NCBI GenBank assembly: GCA_963750165.1
Contig: CAVVPN010000011.1
Location: 576,001 to 640,000 of the forward strand
Origin: an uncultured Gemmataceae bacterium
GTDB taxonomy: Bacteria > Planctomycetota > Planctomycetia > Gemmatales > Gemmataceae
DNA length: 64,000 bases
Direction of reading: 5' to 3'
Positions 1 to 8,901 of the stretch are shown piece after piece. The notes beneath the pieces are model-generated. The model saw nothing but the letters and a program-made list of their open reading frames with translations. It was not told the origin of the DNA and ran no database searches. The number at the start of each line of letters is the position of its first letter. Within the stretch, counting starts at the first letter, position 1. The position numbers and the translations under genes are program-made.

Positions 1-1
1 C

Positions 2-205
2 CATCACGTCCACCTCAGCGCCGACGTGGCCACTGCGGTCAAGGTCGGCGCCCGCCGCGGCCGGCCCGTCGTCCTGGTCGTGGACGCGGCGGCGATGCAC
101 CGGGCAGGCCACCTGTTTTACTGCTCCGCCAACGGCATCTGGTTGGTGGACGAGGTGCCGCCGTATTTCCTGCGACGACTCGACTCCGAACAACCAGCCG
201 GTTGA
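2..205 (+). CDS. kptA: RNA 2'-phosphotransferase (Tpt1/KptA), 3' part only
   Basis: Manual translation of frame 2 gives [54 protein letters not shown], the KptA C-terminal motifs. Stop at 203-205. Confidence 0.9.
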   Translation, partial: HHVHLSADVATAVKVGARRGRPVVLVVDAAAMHRAGHLFYCSANGIWLVDEVPPYFLRRLDSEQPAG

Positions 206-457
206 TCAAGTGAGCAGAGGATTGGTCTCCGGAAGGATGCCACGAGAGCGGAGGATCCCCAGCACCAAACCCATGTGTAACGGCTCCACCGGGTCGGTCG
301 GAGTGTGCTCTGGGAGCACGATCATACTCGCGGCCACCTGGGGGTGCTCGAACACCTGCACGCGCTGGCCGCGCACCTCTGCCTGATTCTCCTCGAAGCC
401 AAGTTCGCGGAGTTTGGCGTACAACCGGCCGTAAGTCAAAACCTTGTCCTTTGCCAT
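206..457 (-). CDS. Small HicA-like (dsRBD-fold) hypothetical protein
   Basis: MAKDKVLTYGRLYAKLRELGF...FEHP...IVLP has a HicA-like layout. It starts 1 nt after the DUF4365 stop. Paralog at 35436. Confidence 0.6.
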   Translation of the reverse strand: MAKDKVLTYGRLYAKLRELGFEENQAEVRGQRVQVFEHPQVAASMIVLPEHTPTDPVEPLHMGLVLGILRSRGILPETNPLLT

Positions 458-458
458 T

Positions 459-1004
459 TCAGGTTTCCCTCCGCGTGCCGCTGCGAATCTCCTCGGCACG
501 CTGTAGCTTCCGTTGCCGCATGAGCCGGAAGGTCTGGACGCCCAGGATGTGGTTACGTGGGACGCGCAACCTCACGATTTTTCCCTGGGCCTCCTGCTGC
601 TGGGCCGCGGTCAGGTCGTGCAGATCGAGCCAGTATGCCTCCGCCAGCCGTGCATCGTACAGGATCAGGAAGACGGGCAGCGGTTCCTCACGCCACAGGC
701 GATAGTCCTTGGCGCTGACAGGAAAGGAGAATGCCTCTTCTTGAGCCAGTTCGTAGGGTTGAAGGCTGTCGCTCGCTTTCAACTGGAGGAGGACGTAGGC
801 ACCTTCAATCTGGCCCGCCTCGTTGTAGGTTGTCAACCACAAATCGTAGCCGTAATCGGCGACAATCCGCTGCACCGTGTAGCCACACTTGAGAGCCAGA
901 CCCTCAACGTGGTGGACGCTCTGGTCCGCGATCACATGCTCGCGCGTTCGCCGCTTGCGGTCGGCTTCTCCGGGGGAAGGACTCTTCGGCGCCTTCTTGG
1001 CCAT
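459..1004 (-). CDS. DUF4365 family PD-(D/E)xK nuclease-like protein
   Basis: Motifs KRRTREHVIAD, DYGYD, LQLKAS and LILYDA..AYW. ATG at 1004. Confidence 0.8.
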   Translation of the reverse strand: MAKKAPKSPSPGEADRKRRTREHVIADQSVHHVEGLALKCGYTVQRIVADYGYDLWLTTYNEAGQIEGAYVLLQLKASDSLQPYELAQEEAFSFPVSAKDYRLWREEPLPVFLILYDARLAEAYWLDLHDLTAAQQQEAQGKIVRLRVPRNHILGVQTFRLMRQRKLQRAEEIRSGTRRET

Positions 1005-1194
1005 CGTGTGCCGTCCGTAGATTGGAGCTTTTTCCCTTCTTGCGATTGTCTCGTGCAGCCTGATCGAAGTCAATCCCGCAACTGGGCAACTCACGGCGGT
1101 CGGCGACTCCGCCCCGCGACTTTGCCACACCTCCGCTCCGCTTCGCTCCGAGTTTGTTCGTTCCCTCGGCTCAACCTGCCTGATCTGCTTGCCT

Positions 1195-1317
1195 GTTGTG
1201 GCAGGGTCTCCAGACCCTGCCACGGCGTTGGACCGAAGGTCTCCTTCGGGTGGTAGCGACAAAAAGAGGAGACCTTCGGTCGCTGCGGGTGGCATGGTCA
1301 GGAGACCTTGCCACAAC
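1195..1317. repeat. Composite REP-like palindrome
   Basis: gttgtggcagggtctcc...ggagaccttgccacaac outer arms with an inner gaccgaaggtctcc/ggagaccttcggtc pair. Confidence 0.8.
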
Positions 1318-1475
1318 GAGGCGATACGACCTTGCTCCTTACCATTCTCTATCGACTGCTGCCGTTCCCGCCTTCAAAATCGAAAAATAAAAAGATAGCA
1401 AATATATTTAATTCTATGCGCGGCCCCTCGCTGCGCTCGGGGCAAAGGGTAAAAAGACAAAGAGCATAGTGTAAA

Positions 1476-3775
1476 TCAGTCCAGGCGGAAACACACGCGG
1501 AAACCGATGATGTCGCTCCGGTCGCCGGGCGCGCTCCTGATACGGGCGGCGGAACGGCAGCCCCCGGGATTGCCGACCCACGACCCGCCGCGCAACACAC
1601 GGGCATCCTCCGATTTGATACCTTTGGGGTCGCTAATATACTTATTGAGATCGCCGATGTCCATTTCCGGGTAAGGTCCGTAATAATCCTCGCACCACTG
1701 CCAGACGTTGCCGGCCATGTCGTACAAACCCCAGGGGTTCGGCTGCTTGGTGCCGACCAGCTGCGTCGAGTTGTTGCTGTTGGCAAAGTACCAGGCGTAG
1801 GCGCCCAGCTGGTTCGCATCGTTGCCGAAGAAGTAGGCCGTCTGCGTGCCGGCCCGGGAAGCGTACTCAAACTCCGCCTCGGTCGGCAGCCGATACTCCC
1901 TGCCGTCCTGCGTCTTCGCTTGCAATTGCTTCAGGAAGTCCTTGCACCTGTTCCAGAAAACCATCTCCACGGGATAATTGTCACCGTTCTTGAAAGTGCT
2001 GGGATTGTCCCCCATGACCGCCCGCCATTGACCCTGGGTGACCGGGGTAACGCCCATGTAGAAGCCCTTTGTCAGCTTGACGCGGAACTGCCGTTCATTG
2101 TCGAACCGATTCGCTTCGCCCGGTGGACTGCCCATCAGGAAAGTGCCGGGCGGAATCCAGCGGAACTTCATGTCCACGGAGTTGGTGACGTGCAGGGGCG
2201 GTTCCTTGTCCCCTGGGATTTTGTCCGGTCCCTTGTCGCGGGGCGGGTTGGACGATTTTTTGGGATCGGGTTGGTTGACTACCGGGCTGGAAGGATCCGC
2301 AGGCCTGCCGCCGAAATTGGCCCACCAGATGCCGCCCACCAGCACCACCGCGAGGAGCACGGCCAGCAGCAGCCCCACCGCCACGCCGCCACCTGGCGCC
2401 GCTGTCTGTTCCTTGACGGGAGGACGCGGTCTCGAAACCGGGGGCGGCGGCGCCACCGGCCTGGCAACGGGGACCACCGCCACCGGCTCGTCCTGGATCG
2501 CCTGGAGCCGTTCGGCCAGGGCGTGGCCGTCGGCAGGCCGTTCCTGCGGGTCGTCATCGACGCAGGCTTCCAGCAAGTCCAGCACCGCCGCGTCCAGGCG
2601 CAGGTCGGCGACGCGCTTGCGCCACTTGCCCGCGGGCCGCTCCAACGTCAGGTCGCCCAGCAATAATTGGTGCCACATCACCCCGAGCGCGAACACGTCG
2701 TCGCGCACGTCGGCGTCCTTCATCAGCTTCTGCTGCGGTGAGGCGTACAGGGGAGTGTGGCGCCGCGCAGGGTGGGGGCCACGCTGCCGCGCGGCGTGGT
2801 GCGGCGCGACAACTCCAGGGCCTGGTGAGCGGTGACCTGGCTGATGCCGAAGTCGCAGATGCGCAGGCGGAGTTTGCCGTCGGGACCGTGACACACGAGG
2901 ATGTTGGCCGGTTTCAGGTCGCGATGGACAATCGGCACCTGAAGGCGATGGAACTGGCCCACGACGGTGGCGAGGCGGCGGACCACCACCGTCGCCTGCC
3001 GGGCGCGCTGCGCCGGCGTCAGGCTGACCCAGGTGCGCACCAGCCCCGCCAGGTCGTGCCCCTCGACGTATTCATACTTCAGCCACGGCGGGTCGCAGGT
3101 CAGATTGGCGTCCTGCAACGGGACGATGCCGTCGGCGCCGGCGAACCGGAGACCGGCCTGGGCCTTCATGGCGAGCTGGACCTGCCGGCCCTCGTGCTTG
3201 AGGAAGTGCTCACGCGCCACGGCATCGAGGCAGAATTTGAAGGCGGCGCGCAGGTCGGGGAAGCTGACGTTGCGCGCCAGCCAGACCTCGCCGAAGCCGC
3301 CCATGCCGAGCAGATCGACCAGTTCCCAGCCGCCCAGCGCCGCCGGCCGCTCGCCCGGCTGGAAGCGCGGCGCCTGCTCGGGCAACAACCGCAGCAGGTC
3401 TTCGGGCCGGCCGAGCGGCAGCCCGGGCGGGACGGTGGTGCCGGTCGGATCGTCGGGCCGCTTGAACGATTGCCGCACCGCGGACGGCAGCAGCGACAGG
3501 TAAATCGCCAGGGCCTGTCGCGCCGGGGCCGGCAGTTGGGCGGCGACTTCGCGGCTGACCTGCTCGGCCACGCGGCGGGCCTGGTCCGCGGTGACCTGCT
3601 GCGCGACCTGTTGCAACTCGGCGCGCAACTCGGCCTCGCGGCGGTGCGCGTGCCAGCGCTCCCAGGCATCCACGGCCACGTCGTAGAGGAATTCGCCCAG
3701 CGGCAATTCGCCGATCAGACCGCGAATGCCCTTGCCCACCACCGCCTGGCCCACGCAACGGAAGAACAGCAGCAT
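1476..3775 (-). CDS. Helical N-domain + Ser/Thr protein kinase + TM + FGE-sulfatase (SUMF1/CLec) domain protein; apparent frameshift near 2760
   Basis: GMGGFGEV, HRDLKPAN and DFG lie in ORF 2723-3775. TPLYASPQQ, DVFALG, a TM helix, RLPTEAEFEYA and NPWGLYDMAGNVWQWC lie in ORF 1476-2894. One extra base restores LRGAHTPLYAS. Confidence 0.88.
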
Positions 3776-3950
3776 GAGAGTGATTCCCGGAGTATCGGTG
3801 CAGGACGTTTCACGGGGTTATTCGACGGCGGCGGCAGCGGATTTTAGAATATTCTACTCGCCACAGGAGCAAACGGCGTCCGGCGGATGGACGCAACGCC
3901 GCCGGCATGCGTAAAATGGCTCGAAACTAACCTCAACCCAGGCCACTGCG

Positions 3951-5369
3951 ATGACCACTCCCCTGCACCACTCCCACGAACCGACTTCCAACGGCGTCCG
4001 CGATCAGGTGGCCGCCCTGGAGCCGAAGGCGCTGCGCACCTTCACGCCGACACAGGCGGTGCTGGCCCGCAGCGCCGGCGTCGAGCACTGGACGCCGGAG
4101 GGCCGCCGGCTGTACGACTTCACCTCTGGCGTGCTCGTCGCCAACCTCGGCCACAACCCCACGCGCTGGCAGCAGCGTTTCAGCGGCTACATGCAGTGGC
4201 CGTCCTTCGCCGCGGGCCTGGGCGATGGCGGCGAGTATTTCGAGGGCTTGCCGCTGACGGCGTACAACGCGGTGACGCCGCTGGAACTCGAAACGACGCA
4301 GCGACTCACCACCTTGCTGCAAAGCCGGCCCGGCGGCCAGCGCTTGCAACAGGTCATGTGGGCCGCGTCCGGTTCCGAGGCGATTCAGAAAGCGTTGTGG
4401 GCGGCCCTGGCCCGCGACCCCAACCGCGAAATGATTCTGGCCACGCGCTACGGCTTCCACGGCAAGAAGGGCCTGGCGGGCGCCGTCACCGGCTGCGAAA
4501 CCGACCACGACCGCGACCCGCGTGTGCGCTTCATCAGCTTCCCAATGGCCGAGTGCGCCGACGTCAGCCAGCGCGACCAGCCCTTCGACCCGGAGCCCTA
4601 CCGCAAGGAATTGCTGGCCCTGCGCGGGCAGTTCGGCCGTCAGCTCGGCGTGCTCATCACCGAGCCCTACCTCGGCGGCGGCGGCTCCTATCATCCGCCG
4701 AAAGCATATCTGCACCTGCTCCAGCAGTTCTGCCGCGAACAGGACATTGTCTTCATTCTGGATGAGGTACAGTCGTGTTTCGGCCGCACCGGCGAAATGT
4801 TCGCCTTCGAGACCTACGGCATCGAGCCGGACATCGTGGTGCTGGGCAAGGGCCTGGGCAACGGCGTGCCGGTGGCGGCGGCGGTCGGCCGGGCGGACCT
4901 GTTCGCGGCCCTGGACTACGGCGAAGGCTCCGACACCTGGAGCGCCAACCCGCTGTGCTGCGCCGGCGTGCTGGCGACGCTCGACGAGTTCGCCGAGCGC
5001 GACGTGCTCGGCCAGTGCCGTCGCTCCTCCGCGGTAATTGAGGAGGGCTTAAATCGCTTGAAGCAGTTGCCGTTCGTGGCCCGGGTGCGCGGCGAACGCG
5101 GCGGCATGGTTTGGGGCGTCGAGTTGCGCGACCACGCCGGCCGCAGCGCCGCCGACTGGGCCGCGGCGGTGGTGCTGGCGTGCTACCGCGGCGCCGGCGG
5201 CGCCGGCATTCACCTGCTCGGGCCGCTGGCGAAGAAGGTGCTTCGCATCGCGCCGCCGCTGGTCATCACGGAATTGCAGGCCCGGGAGGCGCTAGAATTG
5301 ATGTACCGGTTGCTGGCGCCGCTGGCGGAACCGGTCGGCCCGCGCCCGGCCCTGGCCCACGCGCATTGA
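3951..5369 (+). CDS. Class III PLP-dependent aminotransferase
   Basis: SGSEAIQKAL, YGFHG, ILDEVQSCFGRTG and PDIVVLGKGLGNG motifs. Confidence 0.92.
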   Translation: MTTPLHHSHEPTSNGVRDQVAALEPKALRTFTPTQAVLARSAGVEHWTPEGRRLYDFTSGVLVANLGHNPTRWQQRFSGYMQWPSFAAGLGDGGEYFEGLPLTAYNAVTPLELETTQRLTTLLQSRPGGQRLQQVMWAASGSEAIQKALWAALARDPNREMILATRYGFHGKKGLAGAVTGCETDHDRDPRVRFISFPMAECADVSQRDQPFDPEPYRKELLALRGQFGRQLGVLITEPYLGGGGSYHPPKAYLHLLQQFCREQDIVFILDEVQSCFGRTGEMFAFETYGIEPDIVVLGKGLGNGVPVAAAVGRADLFAALDYGEGSDTWSANPLCCAGVLATLDEFAERDVLGQCRRSSAVIEEGLNRLKQLPFVARVRGERGGMVWGVELRDHAGRSAADWAAAVVLACYRGAGGAGIHLLGPLAKKVLRIAPPLVITELQAREALELMYRLLAPLAEPVGPRPALAHAH

Positions 5370-5404
5370 CCGCCCTGCCCTGCCCGTTTTCAGCGAGGTC
5401 CACC

Positions 5405-6976
5405 ATGTTGCACCATCGTCGGTTCCGTGTCGCGGCGCCCATCACGTTGCTGCTGGCGGCCTGGGCCGGGCTCATCCCCGTGGCCCGCGGACAGGATCTC
5501 ACCGCCGACGACTACACCAAACGCGGTCACGCCCTGGTCAGGAAGGGCCAGTATCGCGCGGCCGTCGCCGAATACACCCACGCCATCCGGGTCGATCCCA
5601 AATTCGCCAGGGCGTACGCCTACCGCGGCAGCGCCTACCTGCGGCTCAAGGACGACAAGCAGGCGCTGCAGGACGCGGAAGCGGCGCTGAAACTGGATGC
5701 CAGCCTGCACGACCCGTACAACACGCGCGGTATCGTGCGGACCAACCAGGGCAAGTATGCCGAGGCCATCAAGGATTTTGGCGAGGCCATCCTGCGCAAG
5801 CCCGGCGGGTTTGCGTACTACTCCAACCGGGCCTGGGCCTACAACCTCAACCGCGAACCGCAGCAGGCGCTGGCCGACTGCGATGCCGCCCTGCGGTTGC
5901 CGGGGGGCAGGCAGGACGCGCTGACCTGGAACGAACGCGGCCTGGCCCTGTCCGCCCTGGCCCGCACCGACCTGGACCACGGCCGAGCGGACATGGCGCC
6001 GACGAAGTGGCGCCAGGCCGTCGCCGATTTCACCGAGGCGGTCCAGCTGGCGCCCCGGGTCTGCACGTATTACGCCAACCGGGCCCACGCGCGGAACTTC
6101 CTCAAGGACTACCAGCACGCGGCAGAGGACGCCACCACGGCGGTGGACCTCAACCCCCGAGATGCGGCGGCATTCAACGAACGCGGCCTGGCGTTGACCC
6201 ACACGGGCCGGTATCCGGACGCCGTCAAGGACTTCACGAAGGCCATCGAACTGCGGCCGGGCCAGCACGTCTACCACCTCAACCGTGCCTGGGCGCACAA
6301 CCTCAACCACGACCGCGACCAGGCCATCGCCGACTGCACCGCGGCCCTGAAACTCAACGCCGGCTACGCCCGGGCCTACAACGAACGCGCCAACGCCTTC
6401 CTGGCGAAAAACCAGGTGCAGCTGGCCCTGCAGGATTACACGAAGTGCATTGACCTGGAGCCGAGCAATGGCTTCTATTACGGCAACCGTGCGTCCGTGT
6501 ACAACCGGCTGAAAAAATGGGACCAGGCCATCAAGGATTGCACCGAGGCCATCCGGCTGCTGCCGAACGACGCCTACGCTTACAACCAGCGTGGCGTCGC
6601 CCATGATTACAAGAAGCAGTATGACAAGGCCGTGGCCGACTACACCGAGGCCATCCGTCTCAGGCCGAACGAGCCGCAGTATTACCTGAACCGCAGTTAC
6701 GCCCACACGCGCAAGAAGCATTTCGATCAGGCCATTGAGGACTGCACCGCGGCCATCGCGCTCAACCCGAAATTCGCCCTGGCTTACAAGGACCGTGGGT
6801 TTGCCTACGCCAACAAGCGCGACTACCAGAAAGCCATCGCCGACTATGGCGAGGCGATCAAATTACATCCGCACGACGCCGAGGCGTTCCGCTGGCGCAG
6901 CCAGGCGTATGAGGCTGTGGGCGACAACGCCAGGGCGCGGGCGGATTTTCAGGAGTATCAGCGCTTGAAGAAGTGA
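5405..6976 (+). CDS. Secreted tetratricopeptide-repeat protein
   Basis: Signal peptide followed by many 34-aa AY.NRG...A.AD.T.AI.L.P repeats. Confidence 0.92.
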   Translation: MLHHRRFRVAAPITLLLAAWAGLIPVARGQDLTADDYTKRGHALVRKGQYRAAVAEYTHAIRVDPKFARAYAYRGSAYLRLKDDKQALQDAEAALKLDASLHDPYNTRGIVRTNQGKYAEAIKDFGEAILRKPGGFAYYSNRAWAYNLNREPQQALADCDAALRLPGGRQDALTWNERGLALSALARTDLDHGRADMAPTKWRQAVADFTEAVQLAPRVCTYYANRAHARNFLKDYQHAAEDATTAVDLNPRDAAAFNERGLALTHTGRYPDAVKDFTKAIELRPGQHVYHLNRAWAHNLNHDRDQAIADCTAALKLNAGYARAYNERANAFLAKNQVQLALQDYTKCIDLEPSNGFYYGNRASVYNRLKKWDQAIKDCTEAIRLLPNDAYAYNQRGVAHDYKKQYDKAVADYTEAIRLRPNEPQYYLNRSYAHTRKKHFDQAIEDCTAAIALNPKFALAYKDRGFAYANKRDYQKAIADYGEAIKLHPHDAEAFRWRSQAYEAVGDNARARADFQEYQRLKK

Positions 6977-6995
6977 CCGAACTTCTGCCCGTTTT

Positions 6996-7704
6996 TAGCG
7001 CGGATTGCAGGTGCGTGTAGCGGGTAGTAGGTCCGGCGAGCCGAGCCGGACCCGCCGCGGGTGCCGCTCGGCTCGCGGCACCTACCCCAGACCGCTACAC
7101 CCAACCGCAATCCGCTTTGGTTTCGCGCGCTGCCAGCGCGCGAAACTAAAAAACGAGCCGCGCGAGCGAACCTTCAAACAAACGCCGCCGCCTGCTTGGA
7201 GCTGGTGGCGGAAAGAACTGTTTTCGTTCGTAGTACCGCCTTTAGCGCGGTTCGCAAGCGCGTGGATCACGCCCCGTAGGACGGCTCTCCAGAGCCGTCT
7301 CCGAGACATGGACGGCTCTGGAGAGCCGTCCCACAGGCTGTGCGCAAACCAAGTGTGAACCGCGCTAGACGGAATCTGCCTGTCAGATTCCGCCTGGCGC
7401 GGTTCGCAGTGGCGTGGACCACGAACGGCAGGCCGGCGCTGCCAGGCGCCGCATCTCGACGTATGAAAAAGTTGGCGTCCTTGGCGTCCTTGGCGTCCTT
7501 GATTTGACAACCGCCGCCGGTGGGTGTCGCGCCGTGCCACCCCTACGGAGCCAGGGCGCCGCATCTCGACGTGTGAAAAAGTTGGCCCCCTTGGCCTCCT
7601 TGGCCCCCTTGCTGTGGCAGTGCAGGCCGCTGGTGGTCAGCCCGTGCCCGCCCCCTCGTGTGCAAACCGTGCGTGAACCGCTCTAAAGGCGGTACTACGA
7701 ACGA
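6996..7704. repeat. Cluster of several nested palindromic repeat families
   Basis: Separate inverted repeats at 6996-7119, 7117-7149, 7222-7257 paired with 7670-7704, 7277-7332 and 7354-7407, plus a 110-bp tandem dimer at 7445-7650. Confidence 0.85.
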
Positions 7705-7716
7705 AGAACCCAGAGG

Positions 7717-8766
7717 ATGCCCGCTGTTCGCCACAACTTTACAGAATCTTTTCCTCCCCCGGTGGTCACCGTGCCAACCTCCATCCTGCTCCCCGCCCAG
7801 TCCGGTCCTGAATGGTTGCTCGCAGTCATCCACTGGCTGTGCAACCAGTTCCCCCCGGGCGAATTCCTGTCGTACCCGTGGAACATGCAGGGCCTGATCG
7901 CCATCGCCCTGGTTGGGATGATCTGCGGCGCGGTCGGCTCGCTGGTGGTCGGCAACCGCATGGCCTTTTTCAGCGACGCCCTGGCGCACTGCGCCTTCGC
8001 CGGCGTCGCCCTGGGACTGCTGCTCGGCGTCGTCACCGGCGCCGGCGACGAGGACTTCGCTGAGTGGGTCACCCTGGTGATGATCGTCTTCGGCATCGTC
8101 ATCGGCCTGGGCATCGCCTTCGTGCGCGAGTTCACTGCCCAGGCCAACGATACCGTCATCGGCGTCTTTTACGCCGGCGCCATTGGCCTGGGGGCGGTCT
8201 TCCTCAAGGCCGGCAGCGGTCGCCGTTACCTGCCGCCGGAGGACTTCCTGTTCGGCAACCTCGTCACCATCCAGCCCGTGGACCTGCTCGTGCTGGCGGG
8301 CCTGACCGTCCTGGCCGCCGTCGTGCTGGGATTCATGTACAACCAGCTCCTGTTTACCAGTTTCAACCGTAGCCTGGCGCTGTCGCGCCGCATCCCGGTG
8401 CGGTTGTGCAATTACCTGTTCATCGTGCTGCTGGCGCTGATCGTCAACCTGTGCCTGAAGGTGGTCGGGGCCATGCTCATCAACGCCCTGCTGGTGGTAC
8501 CCGCCGCGACCGCCGCCAACCTGGGCCGCAACATGCGGCAGCTGTTCTGGTGGTCGATGCTCCTGTGCCTGGCCGTCGGCGTCGGTGGCTTCTGGCTCAG
8601 CTGGGATCTCCGGCTGCCCTCCCCCGGTGGGACGGAGACGACGCGGCCCGGTGAGAGCGGCACCATTGTCGTGCTGGCGGTGCTGCTGTTCTTCCTGTCG
8701 ATGTGGGTGCCGATGCTGCGCCGGTGGTGGGCGGAGCGTAAAAAGCCCGGCACTGCGAGGGTTTGA
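7717..8766 (+). CDS. Metal (Zn/Mn) ABC transporter permease, ZnuB-like
   Basis: RMAFFSDALAHCAFAG, FLFGN and VVGAMLINALLVVPAATA motifs. The start may instead be GTG 7771. Confidence 0.9.
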   Translation: MPAVRHNFTESFPPPVVTVPTSILLPAQSGPEWLLAVIHWLCNQFPPGEFLSYPWNMQGLIAIALVGMICGAVGSLVVGNRMAFFSDALAHCAFAGVALGLLLGVVTGAGDEDFAEWVTLVMIVFGIVIGLGIAFVREFTAQANDTVIGVFYAGAIGLGAVFLKAGSGRRYLPPEDFLFGNLVTIQPVDLLVLAGLTVLAAVVLGFMYNQLLFTSFNRSLALSRRIPVRLCNYLFIVLLALIVNLCLKVVGAMLINALLVVPAATAANLGRNMRQLFWWSMLLCLAVGVGGFWLSWDLRLPSPGGTETTRPGESGTIVVLAVLLFFLSMWVPMLRRWWAERKKPGTARV

Positions 8767-8788
8767 TGGCAATGAGTGGATCGCGGCC

Positions 8789-8817
8789 TTGCAGAACCCC
8801 GGCCAGCGCCTGAGAAT
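8789..8817 (+). promoter_or_regulatory. Putative sigma70-type promoter
   Basis: TTGCAG-N17-GAGAAT upstream of 8902. Confidence 0.35.
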
Positions 8818-8901
8818 AACCCTCACCACTGAACCCGGCGCCGGCGGCCCGCGTAAGGACGTACAGGCCCGGGCCTGCGCCGCCTCAAGGTTGCCACCGA
8901 C

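Noticed and set aside
7445..7650. Possible CRISPR mini-array
   Set aside because: There are only two units per locus, the 'spacer' is conserved between loci, the repeats contain internal 9-nt triplets, and no cas genes are present.
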